Notes under the pieces: generated by a model
The model's input: the letters and a program-made list of their open reading frames with translations, nothing else
What the model was told of the DNA's origin: nothing
The model's database searches: none
In this document: one piece after another, positions 19,281 to 28,049 of the stretch
How positions within the stretch are numbered: position 1 is the stretch's first letter
Layout of the letters: the number at the start of each line of letters is the position of its first letter
Assembly: GCA_035652395.1 (NCBI GenBank)
Contig: DASRDX010000012.1
Location: forward strand, 96,778-160,777
Source of the DNA: Minisyncoccota bacterium
Lineage (GTDB): Bacteria; Patescibacteriota; Minisyncoccia; Phycocordibacterales; CAJBRS01
Length of the DNA stretch: 64,000 nt
Reading direction: 5' to 3'
Made by a program: the position numbers and the translations under genes

Positions 19281-20009
19281 ATGATCCAATACTTTTTCAA
19301 ACCGCTCTTCTATATTCCCCTCTACAATGCTCTAGTTTTTCTTCTCTCTATCTTACCGGCTGCCAGTGTGGGTCTCGCCGTCATTCTTTTAACCTGTATT
19401 GTCAAATTAATTCTCTTTCCCTTAACTCGCCAATCGGTTGTTACTACCGCTAAATTAAAAAAACTTGAACCGGAACTGGCCGTTCTTCGAAAACAATACG
19501 AAAAAGACAAACAGGAACAAGCTCGGCAAGTAATGGCATTTTATAAGAAGAACCAAATCAATCCTTTTTCCGGAGTTTGGCTTTTGCTGATTCAAACGCC
19601 TATTATTTTAAGCCTCTATTACATTTTCTTAAAAGGAGGGTTGCCAATCATTGATGTATCTCTCCTTTACCCATTTATTCACCCGCCGCAGGTGGTGGAC
19701 ATGACATTTTTGGGTCTTAACATCGCGCACCCCCAATTTATTTTTGGCCTCCTGGCCGGCGTTACACAATTTATTCAGATTCAATTGTCTGTACCGCCGG
19801 TGAAAAAGCTGGCTGACGGCACAACCCCAACTTTCAAAGACGATTTGGCCCGCAGTATGAATATGCAGTTTCGTTACGTGCTGCCTGTCGTCATTTTTAT
19901 TATTTCCCTAAAAGTTTCCGGAGCAGTCGCTCTTTACTGGGCGACCAGCAACCTATTCATTATCGGGCAGGAATTAGTAGTTCGACGGCAGCTTAAAAAA
20001 ACCTCTTAA
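19281..20009 (+). CDS. yidC: membrane protein insertase YidC
   Basis: KLILFPL, INP, IQTPI, ALYWATSN. Confidence 0.93.
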   Translation: MIQYFFKPLFYIPLYNALVFLLSILPAASVGLAVILLTCIVKLILFPLTRQSVVTTAKLKKLEPELAVLRKQYEKDKQEQARQVMAFYKKNQINPFSGVWLLLIQTPIILSLYYIFLKGGLPIIDVSLLYPFIHPPQVVDMTFLGLNIAHPQFIFGLLAGVTQFIQIQLSVPPVKKLADGTTPTFKDDLARSMNMQFRYVLPVVIFIISLKVSGAVALYWATSNLFIIGQELVVRRQLKKTS

Positions 20010-21406
20010 TGAGCCGGCGGAGTGTAAGGAGTGCTGGTTGGAGCTACAACAGGGCCTGTAGTAGCTGGCGTGCTGCTAGAAACAATTGGACCGGGAGGCT
20101 GCGTAATTAAAAGATTCCACAAGGTCAGATCTCGTTTGTTGGTAAACATTAAATAATTTTCGTTTGGATCAAGCGAAAGATTGACGGCGTCGATTGCTTG
20201 TTTGGTTAGATCGGCCGTTCTGGCAACGACAGTACGTTCTCCAGTCTGAACATTGATTTTCCAGAAATTATCGTTGAAGAAAACACTTCCCTGATACCAA
20301 ACGTCCGGATAGTTTCCTTTCTTCACTAAAATTGGCACGGCACAATAAACCACCGTAGTTGCTTTCTGACTCCAAACACATTTTTCGGGCAGAGTTTTCA
20401 AGGAAAGACTGGAAGCGCTACCGCTTTTAGTGTTGAAAAGATTTAAATCAAAATCCACCGTATTACTTTCGTTAAAAAGAATATAACTAAGATCCGGTGA
20501 GGTTAAAGTAGTTAAGCCCGGCACATTTCCCAGAACTTTAGTTAGGGAACCTGTCGTACTATTCATAAAGAAAACATAGCCGGGAATATAAGCTGAAGGT
20601 CTGGTGGTCAGAGTTAAAGTGTTAGTCTTTGGCCAACTAACTTGCCACTCTTTTAAGGGGAAATTAAAAATCTGTTTTGGCTTGGCATTATTTGGCGAAG
20701 CGACGGAACCTATTCCTCCCTGCCCCCCGGCTCGGAGATAAAAAATCTGGTCTCTCCCCGGCGAGAGAGCCAACTCCGTAATATTTTCCGGCAGGGCATA
20801 AGTGAATAAAGATTTTGGCCCACTATTTCCTCCGACCGTTGTAGTGGTGGCGGTGGAGGTGGAAACTAGAACATAAGAAGTCTCAATTGTATTTTCGTCA
20901 GAGCCTAAGTACCGAAGTAGCGCTGAATTACCCTGATTAGTAATAAGAGCTTGGTAGATTTTAGGCAGCGTGGTGTTAGTTATTTCAGCCACATCCAAAG
21001 AATCAGGTTTGGTTTCAAAGAAGTGGCTAGTAGCCCGATCAACATACCGAATAAAAGTCTGAACCAGAGAAACATTTTTAACTTGTCCTTGATTATCTAC
21101 CGTGGTTGAAGCCACCACTCGTTGAATAAAACCCGCGCCCGCTACCGGCGCTTTAGTAACCTGGCGCAAACGCGGAATGGTGACCATCGCACCGCTATCA
21201 GATTGAATGGTAGCCGTCGGGCTGGAACTAGCCGTTCCTTCCGGGCCGCCGTTAAATAAAGAAAAAATTGTACCAAAAATTCCTCCAGAACTTTGACCTT
21301 GCGACGACGACTTTCCTTTCATAATAGCCAAAGCAAATAAGACGCCGATAATTATCACCACAATTATCAAAACAACTATAACAATTTTAACTATTCTTGA
21401 AGTCAT
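20006..21406 (-). CDS. membrane-anchored hypothetical protein, probable beta-propeller
   Basis: N-terminal TM; repeated SP.. blade-like motifs; last gene of the T4SS-like cluster. Confidence 0.65.
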   Translation of the reverse strand: MTSRIVKIVIVVLIIVVIIIGVLFALAIMKGKSSSQGQSSGGIFGTIFSLFNGGPEGTASSSPTATIQSDSGAMVTIPRLRQVTKAPVAGAGFIQRVVASTTVDNQGQVKNVSLVQTFIRYVDRATSHFFETKPDSLDVAEITNTTLPKIYQALITNQGNSALLRYLGSDENTIETSYVLVSTSTATTTTVGGNSGPKSLFTYALPENITELALSPGRDQIFYLRAGGQGGIGSVASPNNAKPKQIFNFPLKEWQVSWPKTNTLTLTTRPSAYIPGYVFFMNSTTGSLTKVLGNVPGLTTLTSPDLSYILFNESNTVDFDLNLFNTKSGSASSLSLKTLPEKCVWSQKATTVVYCAVPILVKKGNYPDVWYQGSVFFNDNFWKINVQTGERTVVARTADLTKQAIDAVNLSLDPNENYLMFTNKRDLTLWNLLITQPPGPIVSSSTPATTGPVVAPTSTPYTPPAH

Positions 21407-22389
21407 TAATGTTTAGAATTATAGAAAGTAAAGCTGAGATTACTTCCGTCATAAACAGCATTCTTTCCCGGCACCGCCAATCCCAGTGTTTGAGCGGCGT
21501 GAAGTGAGATCTCGCCGTATCCAGTCGCGCCAGCGTCTCCTACAACGGCCCAGGCGGTTTTACCAGTCTTGCTATCAGTTATTAAAACAGGAGTTCCCAT
21601 GGGAATACCTGAACCAGTGGGCACTGCTACATAGTTGTCAGTTGTGGCATCCAGGCAAGAATTATTCGGGACATAACTAGTACAACTTTTATGTGTGGTC
21701 GGATCCAAACCCGGATCAGTTCGTCCGTCGGTATCAATAGCCACATTATCAGAGTTAATAGTGTACCCTTCTATGTAGTTGTCGTTTGAATCCAGTAAAT
21801 AATTGGAGCCATCGGGGTTAATCACCGCAGTAGAGCCGTCATTGTAATCAATGTAATGGATTCCGTTACTATCATATTCATCAGCGATACCATTGCCTCC
21901 ACCAGTTGTACCAACGGTCCCGCCCGGACCATATTGACCAGCCGGCACCAGAGTTCCTCCTCCAGTCTGAGCGGCCCCGCCAACAGAAACAGGAGTAATT
22001 TGAAGATTGGTTTTAAGAAGGGCCGGATTAATAGTGTTAAGAATAACGTAGGCTCCCAAAGCCAGAATCAATCCCCAAATCGCCGAAGTCATTCGGTTGA
22101 TTCCTTCGGATTTATTAGAAACAGCATCACTTGACATATATTGGATTCCTCCAATGACTATCATGATTACAGCTAAGCCGCTGGCTAGAGCTACCCCGAA
22201 CTTAAACATAGTATTTAGATATCCGCTCAAACCTCCGGCTGCACTGTTTGTGTCAGTGTAACCATCGATTGGGGCCAAGGGCACATATCCTTGGGCTAAC
22301 CCGACAAGCGGGATCGCAAAAAACCCCAACATACTAATTAGAAAAAAGATTTTAAAAAGATTATGAAATTTTGATTTAGAAAGAAGCAT
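21406..22389 (-). CDS. T4SS pilin-like (TrbC/VirB2-type) protein fused to a C-terminal GH75-like/double-psi barrel domain
   Basis: LAVIMIVIGGIQYMSS...AIWGLILALGAYVILNTINP.L pilin motif; C-terminal LDA...YVAVP...AVVGDAG...GEIS..AA..LG. Confidence 0.7.
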   Translation of the reverse strand: MLLSKSKFHNLFKIFFLISMLGFFAIPLVGLAQGYVPLAPIDGYTDTNSAAGGLSGYLNTMFKFGVALASGLAVIMIVIGGIQYMSSDAVSNKSEGINRMTSAIWGLILALGAYVILNTINPALLKTNLQITPVSVGGAAQTGGGTLVPAGQYGPGGTVGTTGGGNGIADEYDSNGIHYIDYNDGSTAVINPDGSNYLLDSNDNYIEGYTINSDNVAIDTDGRTDPGLDPTTHKSCTSYVPNNSCLDATTDNYVAVPTGSGIPMGTPVLITDSKTGKTAWAVVGDAGATGYGEISLHAAQTLGLAVPGKNAVYDGSNLSFTFYNSKH

Positions 22390-23440
22390 TTTGGCTACTA
22401 TTGTTTGAGAAGTTAACAATGATATTGGTGGAAGCGGACTGTAAAATACTTGACGGCACAGTGGCCGATACAGAAATCGCGGATTGTCCATTTTGATTAT
22501 CTGGCTTTCGGAAAACTACTTCACTTTGATGAGGATCAAGAGCCATGGCTGAATTATTTAGATACCAAGCATAATTAATAGTCTTATCAGTAGGAGAAGT
22601 GGCACTAAAATAAAATGGAAAAGCGCCAAATGTAACTTCCGAGGCGGTTAAATCGAACTGGCTGTCTAAAATTTTATTAAAAAGAATGCCGTTTAGCGGA
22701 CTGTCTTCATATAAAAGTACTTGAGGATTTTGAGACGCTACACTTATAGCTCCCGAACCACTAATGTTATTTTTTACCAAAGACGCCTCAACACTTACAT
22801 TAATTGGTTGATTCAAAATATCGCCGGTAACAGTCAGGGTTCGTTTACCGTATCCAGATTTGTCTCCAAGTACGGAATTGTTTAGGCGCCATTTATACAC
22901 CAAAGTGTTAGGGTCCACCGTCACCCCATTCGAAACAAAATTAGGGAGAGCAACGAAGGTTAAAGTGCCTTGAGGTGGATAGAGACGTTTCCCTTCATAA
23001 AATGGGGGCACATACGAATTTGCTTCCCAAACAATATCAACGCTGGCCGGACTAATATTTACCGTCTTCGTAATTCTAGTGCCGTTAACCGGTAAAATAA
23101 TAACCTGTACAGCCGAGAGACTGCCTGCCGCGCCAGTTGTAAATTCAAAGGAGGTAGCACCCACGCCGTTTTTTTGAACGACTCCATTTACTAACCAGGA
23201 AATGTCAGCTCTATTTAGATCCGTGCCAAAGGCTTCAAGAGAAAGATTAACTAGTTGACTTGGTGCAGGATTTTCAGGATTAACCTTAATATTTATCTGC
23301 TCCTCAAGCCCAGGAATTAGACTAGGTAAAGAAGGACTATTATAGTCCGTATTCTGGGCGTAGCCAATTGAGAAAAAAGAAAAAAGAAGAATCAGTAGAA
23401 GAGAAAAAGTCAGCCGAGAGTATAAATGACTAAACTTCAT
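22376..23440 (-). CDS. secreted multi-Ig-like (PKD-type) protein
   Basis: Signal peptide; three beta-rich repeats each with a W.xN motif (ISWLVNG, YKWRLNN, YAWYLNN). Confidence 0.65.
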   Translation of the reverse strand: MKFSHLYSRLTFSLLLILLFSFFSIGYAQNTDYNSPSLPSLIPGLEEQINIKVNPENPAPSQLVNLSLEAFGTDLNRADISWLVNGVVQKNGVGATSFEFTTGAAGSLSAVQVIILPVNGTRITKTVNISPASVDIVWEANSYVPPFYEGKRLYPPQGTLTFVALPNFVSNGVTVDPNTLVYKWRLNNSVLGDKSGYGKRTLTVTGDILNQPINVSVEASLVKNNISGSGAISVASQNPQVLLYEDSPLNGILFNKILDSQFDLTASEVTFGAFPFYFSATSPTDKTINYAWYLNNSAMALDPHQSEVVFRKPDNQNGQSAISVSATVPSSILQSASTNIIVNFSNNSSQNASF

Positions 23441-23476
23441 TCTCTCAATTATATAATTTTAGACCCTTTTTTACTA

Positions 23477-23917
23477 CTAAGCGGTATCTCCGAGGGTATC
23501 TGATGAGGCATTTTCAATCGAAATCTTATTGATTTGCTTCTGATTATAAACATCATCTTCTTCTCGGGTAATTTCAGTTACTTGTCGAACAAAAGCCCTA
23601 ACACTTGGTTCAATCAACCCTTTTTTGGTGCGGCTAAAGGCGAAGACGTTCACAATGGGAATGAGAGATAGAACAAATTTGCCGGCTGCTGCCCCAGCTA
23701 TTTTCCCTTTGAAAACTGAAACACCTTTAGTGGCAAACCAGAAAGCAAACATACAATAAACTAAAGCCATAAAAATAAAGCTCACTATCTCTCCTATTCC
23801 AAACCAGTCACCGAGAATATTTACTAGAAAATTAATCCCATAGGCAGCCCAAGCCACTGCCCCCATCAACATTTCTGAAGCGGCAGATATTCTGTTGCGT
23901 GTATAAATAACTGCCAT
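23477..23917 (-). CDS. hypothetical membrane protein
   Basis: Several hydrophobic segments; coupled to virB4. Confidence 0.65.
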   Translation of the reverse strand: MAVIYTRNRISAASEMLMGAVAWAAYGINFLVNILGDWFGIGEIVSFIFMALVYCMFAFWFATKGVSVFKGKIAGAAAGKFVLSLIPIVNVFAFSRTKKGLIEPSVRAFVRQVTEITREEDDVYNQKQINKISIENASSDTLGDTA

Positions 23918-23919
23918 GA

Positions 23920-25743
23920 TTAGGTCTGCGTAGATTCTTCAGCAACTTGAGCCTTGGCCTGTTTGATGGCCAGAAGCTGGTGCGGATCGGAAGTGATGAT
24001 CTGATCTTCGGTGTAAGAAGCGATGACTTTAATGGCGACGTGTTTGAGGCCGGCGAAGAAAATTCCTTCCCCAACATCTGATTCCAAAAGCAGGTATTTT
24101 TCTTCCTCGGTTAAGTTGAAAGTTTTCTGCACCACATCAATGGAAGAAGCCGATTGTTTCATTAACATTTGAATTGACGAGTTCGTGATAATTGGCATGC
24201 CGTATTGCGACTTCATGAAATCTTCCACGTCTTGAGTAATGGTGGCGAGCCCCAAGAAATATTTTCGGCCTCGTTTAGCCAGACCGAGTAAGAACGAAGC
24301 GGTGTCTTCCGATTTCATCATCCACCAAGCCTCGTCAATTACCAACAAACGCTTTTTCAGTTCCTTGCGAATAGAATTCCAAATGAAGTGAGTGACGATA
24401 TACATTGCAACCGGTTTTAATTCATCTTCCATGTCGCGAAGTGAAAAGACCACGAACTTCTTATTAATATCCACGTTTGTCGGGCGGTTAATAAATCCGG
24501 CCCAAGTTCCTTTAGTGTATTTTGAAAGTCTTTGAACCAGCGATTCTCCCCCCTCCATGCCCGCCAGCACCAGTTCGAAGTCTGAAAGAAGGGGTGGCTC
24601 AATATTGGCGAAATTGCTCTCGGAAGTGATATCTTTAAGAGCGTAAGTTTCAGTGATGGCCCGATCAATAATGGAATCTTCTTCCGGAGTTAATCCTCCA
24701 AGCATTAACCGGAATAGACCGACTAAATTCACAATGTTGGAGCGCAAAATATCTGCTTGTGATTCGTCTTCGCGAGCGATTGGCAAATCAAATGGATTGA
24801 TGTGGTTGTCGGAAGTCAAAGAAATATTGAAGTATCGGCCACCAGTCGCTTCGGCTAGGAATTCATATTCTCTTTCCGGGTCAATGACAATGACATCGGT
24901 ATCGAACATCAACGAACGCAGAATTTCCAGTTTAGTGAAATAAGATTTTCCGGAACCGGCCTTGGCAAAAGTAACGGAGTTGTAATTTTCCAAAGAAAAG
25001 CGATCAAAGAGAATCAAGCCAGAATTATGACGGTTAATTCCGTAAAGAATTCCTTTATCGGAAGTTAAATCAAAAGAAATAAAAGGAAATAGGCTGGAGA
25101 GCGGCGAGGAATTTAATTTTGATCGAACTTCCAGAAGGTCGGTAGCAATTGGCAGAATGCTTTTATATCCCTGCTCCTGCTGGAAAAGAGCCGGTTTGAC
25201 GTAAACTAGACTGGCTTCCAGAATCGATTTCACTTCGGATTCCAATTTATCCAACTCACCTTCATTGGCTCCGTAAATGGAAATGTAAAGACCGACATCA
25301 AAGATTCTTTCTTGGGCTTGTTGAAGATTGTCGCGAAGTTGTTCCAAATCCTGATAAGCAGTGTCAAGAACTGGATCGCGTACCAGTCCTTTTTCTTCCC
25401 GAATGGAAATCTGACTTTCTACTTCGGCCACCTTTTTCTGAAACTGGCGGAGAATAGTGGCAGTATCAATCGGATGAACAAAAATGGAAATATCGAAGAC
25501 CTTGTCCAAGTTGATGATGGGAGAAAACCATGATTCGCCAAGAAATCTAGGGTAGGAAATGACAAAGAAAGTGCGCACCATTTTATCACCCAGATTCATT
25601 TCCCGCGGCGTAATTTTTAGGGCAGACGGAGCGATAATATCTTTCAGCTCCAAAACCCCTGATTGATAAATCTCCTGCGGCAGGATGGAAGTAATCTTAG
25701 GTGTCTCCTTCTGTTCGGGTTTTAAAAAGTCCAATAAAGCCAT
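23920..25743 (-). CDS. virB4: VirB4-like type IV secretion ATPase
   Basis: YGIN, AKAGSGKS, IDPEREY, INPFD, VIDEAW, KRGRKY, TITQDVEDF. Confidence 0.9.
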   Translation of the reverse strand: MALLDFLKPEQKETPKITSILPQEIYQSGVLELKDIIAPSALKITPREMNLGDKMVRTFFVISYPRFLGESWFSPIINLDKVFDISIFVHPIDTATILRQFQKKVAEVESQISIREEKGLVRDPVLDTAYQDLEQLRDNLQQAQERIFDVGLYISIYGANEGELDKLESEVKSILEASLVYVKPALFQQEQGYKSILPIATDLLEVRSKLNSSPLSSLFPFISFDLTSDKGILYGINRHNSGLILFDRFSLENYNSVTFAKAGSGKSYFTKLEILRSLMFDTDVIVIDPEREYEFLAEATGGRYFNISLTSDNHINPFDLPIAREDESQADILRSNIVNLVGLFRLMLGGLTPEEDSIIDRAITETYALKDITSESNFANIEPPLLSDFELVLAGMEGGESLVQRLSKYTKGTWAGFINRPTNVDINKKFVVFSLRDMEDELKPVAMYIVTHFIWNSIRKELKKRLLVIDEAWWMMKSEDTASFLLGLAKRGRKYFLGLATITQDVEDFMKSQYGMPIITNSSIQMLMKQSASSIDVVQKTFNLTEEEKYLLLESDVGEGIFFAGLKHVAIKVIASYTEDQIITSDPHQLLAIKQAKAQVAEESTQT

Positions 25744-25763
25744 GGTTTTTTGGGAATTATACC

Positions 25764-26402
25764 TTAAGTGAGAGGAATAGGTTTTTCCGTATCTCCCGGA
25801 TTAAAAATTTTATAAAAGAGCTCGATTAACTCCTCTGTTCCGAGCTGAACCACTCGAATACCGCAACGCACCAACCCCTGTTCCACAACGTCAATTCGCT
25901 GTTCCAGCTGGGTTCGATGCTCCTCAAAACTTTGGATGTTATCAGCCGCCACTTCCTTTGGGTTTTTTCTTTTCAAGAATCCCCCACCAATAGTTTTTTT
26001 GGCTTGAAGCATGGCCGGAGTATATGGAATAACAATAAAAAAACTTTTAGTCATGATATTGGTGTTTTCAGTAAAATTTTTGATGAACTCAATGTATTCA
26101 TGAGTCTGGATTTTCATCAGATCGATTTTTTGTTCTTTTTCCCGCTGCTCGAGAAGGGCGATGTAAGGACGAATGTCGAGTTTGCGCGACTGAACGAAAA
26201 TCTGAATGGAAAAATTCAGGGAGTTTAGAAAATTTTGAAATTGGAAAATAATGGAATTCTGCTCATCCGCTGATTTCAGGGCAAAGTTTAAAGAAGAAGT
26301 CATAATTAAGGAGCGCAATGATCCGTCTTTCAATACAATAACGCCGTCTCGAATTTCTTTGATCGGTACAAATTCCTGTGTTGCTTTTGAAGGAGTAGCC
26401 AT
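25764..26402 (-). CDS. VirB4 N-terminal-like T4SS component
   Basis: IKEIRDG..LKDG, NFALKS.DEQ, FLNSL.FSIQI; lies between prgI and virB4. Confidence 0.7.
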   Translation of the reverse strand: MATPSKATQEFVPIKEIRDGVIVLKDGSLRSLIMTSSLNFALKSADEQNSIIFQFQNFLNSLNFSIQIFVQSRKLDIRPYIALLEQREKEQKIDLMKIQTHEYIEFIKNFTENTNIMTKSFFIVIPYTPAMLQAKKTIGGGFLKRKNPKEVAADNIQSFEEHRTQLEQRIDVVEQGLVRCGIRVVQLGTEELIELFYKIFNPGDTEKPIPLT

Positions 26403-26404
26403 TT

Positions 26405-26854
26405 TTAAATTCTTAAGCCTAAATCTTCATCGCGCTTCTTGCGAGTTTCCTGTGAATAAAGAGTGTCATTGATGTCCAGACTCCAAGTTAAATCTTTCAA
26501 TTTGCTTTCGGAAAGCTTTGGCACATAAATGGAGGAAACAGCGGCACTTTCTTCTTTTTTCTCTTCCGGTTTTCTCTCTTCCTTTTTCCAGATGTAGAGC
26601 TTGTGACTGATGGCGTAATTAAAAGCCGATTCCATAAGGAGAATAAACGGACGATTATTGACCTTGTAAAAAGCCAAAGCGATTCCCAGGCCGAGCGATC
26701 CTAAAATGGGTAGGACGGCTACGTAAAGAGGAAGGTAACGGAAAAAAATGTAAGAAAGTCCCGCTCCACCGGCCAAATAAAGGAACTGTTTGAAAGTTAG
26801 CGGTCCAAAGATCTTATCCTCTACTTCAATGAATTGTGGAACTTGATAGCGCAT
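26405..26854 (-). CDS. prgI: PrgI-family T4SS membrane protein
   Basis: YQVPQFIEVEDKIFGPLTFKQF followed by two TM helices. Confidence 0.88.
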   Translation of the reverse strand: MRYQVPQFIEVEDKIFGPLTFKQFLYLAGGAGLSYIFFRYLPLYVAVLPILGSLGLGIALAFYKVNNRPFILLMESAFNYAISHKLYIWKKEERKPEEKKEESAAVSSIYVPKLSESKLKDLTWSLDINDTLYSQETRKKRDEDLGLRI

Positions 26855-27231
26855 TATCGCTTACCTCCCTTGACCAGCTTGCCGATTTCCTTACTCACAA
26901 GGGCGGTTTGTGATGCTATTTTATCAAATGAATCGGGCTTTAGATAGCCGAGATCGCGCGCTACAAGAAGATAATTTTGAATTTCCCGCACCGCCTTTAG
27001 GGAAAAGGTGTAAAACTGCACCTTTTCCCTAAAGGCGGTGCGTCCAAAACCCTCCGCAATATTGGTAGTAATGGCCAGAGCCGAACGTTTTAACTGGCTA
27101 CTTAAACCACTCTGATCCTCTTGAGGAAAGTTTCGGACCACTTTGAAAATAAGGAGGATTAATTGATGACCTTCCTGCCAGGCGCTAAGATCGGTGAAGG
27201 ATTTTATTTTTTCAATCCTTATTTCCATCAA
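26854..27231 (-). CDS. four-helix-bundle protein (23S rRNA IVS / S23 family)
   Basis: FTDLSAWQ, FP.E...L.SQLKRSA, NIAEGFGR. Confidence 0.88.
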   Translation of the reverse strand: MMEIRIEKIKSFTDLSAWQEGHQLILLIFKVVRNFPQEDQSGLSSQLKRSALAITTNIAEGFGRTAFREKVQFYTFSLKAVREIQNYLLVARDLGYLKPDSFDKIASQTALVSKEIGKLVKGGKR

Positions 27232-28040
27232 TTAACAGGTTCTCGATACGGATCGATTTTAGAAGGAGTGGGCGGTGTGGGAGTTGGTGGTGGCGTTTCT
27301 TTTACTTCGATTTCTTGTCGCGGGGCTCGCACGGTTTCAGTCAATTTGTCCGGAAGGATAGTAGCAGCCGGAACTTCAGAAGTTGGTGTACTTATTGGTT
27401 GCGCCTTCGGCGCAACCTCAACTCTCTCTTCCGTTCGGCTCTTCATCTCTTCCTCCATGGCTGCCCTTCTAAAATCATCCATTCTTTTAGCATCGGTGGT
27501 CACGCTCATATCACGATCTCTCAACCTTTCGCCAATATTTGCCAGTCCACTAGAACTTCTTTTCGGCATTACATTTTGGTGGTCCGGTACAGTAATTGGT
27601 CTAGAATGTGCCGCAACTCTCACTGGCTCCTCAATTTCTCTCAAAAGATTGTCTTTATTTAGATTTTGTTCGCTCTCTGTATTAGATTGACGAGCCTCTT
27701 GTGCGTCCTCCTCTTTAATTTTTTCTGCCATTGTCTGAAGAGAGGATTTTATAGAAGAAAAAATACTATTATTTACATCATCAACAATTAGCGAGGCTTT
27801 ATCTCGGGGGATTCTAAGTTCCCGTACTAAATTATTAAGATACTCATCAGCGCTTTCAAGACCCACCAAAATCATCAAGGTTTCATTCTCTAATATGTCG
27901 GCCTGGTCAATGTGGAGCTGATGTTTCTTACTAATTTCCGCCAGCTTTGCTCCAATATCATTATTCAAAATAGCCTCCTTAATATTACTCGGAAGGTTTT
28001 GGAGTTGTGGCTCTATGATTTTAAAAATTTCTTCGTTCAT
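27228..28040 (-). CDS. hypothetical protein with C-terminal DPYREP motif
   Basis: Helical N-domain, low-complexity linker, DPYREP end; part of the cluster. Confidence 0.7.
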   Translation of the reverse strand: MNEEIFKIIEPQLQNLPSNIKEAILNNDIGAKLAEISKKHQLHIDQADILENETLMILVGLESADEYLNNLVRELRIPRDKASLIVDDVNNSIFSSIKSSLQTMAEKIKEEDAQEARQSNTESEQNLNKDNLLREIEEPVRVAAHSRPITVPDHQNVMPKRSSSGLANIGERLRDRDMSVTTDAKRMDDFRRAAMEEEMKSRTEERVEVAPKAQPISTPTSEVPAATILPDKLTETVRAPRQEIEVKETPPPTPTPPTPSKIDPYREPVN

Positions 28041-28049
28041 GAATCTATA

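Noticed and set aside
26854-27231. Diversity-generating retroelement suggested by the Avd-related protein
   Set aside because: No reverse transcriptase and no TR/VR repeat pair seen in the window
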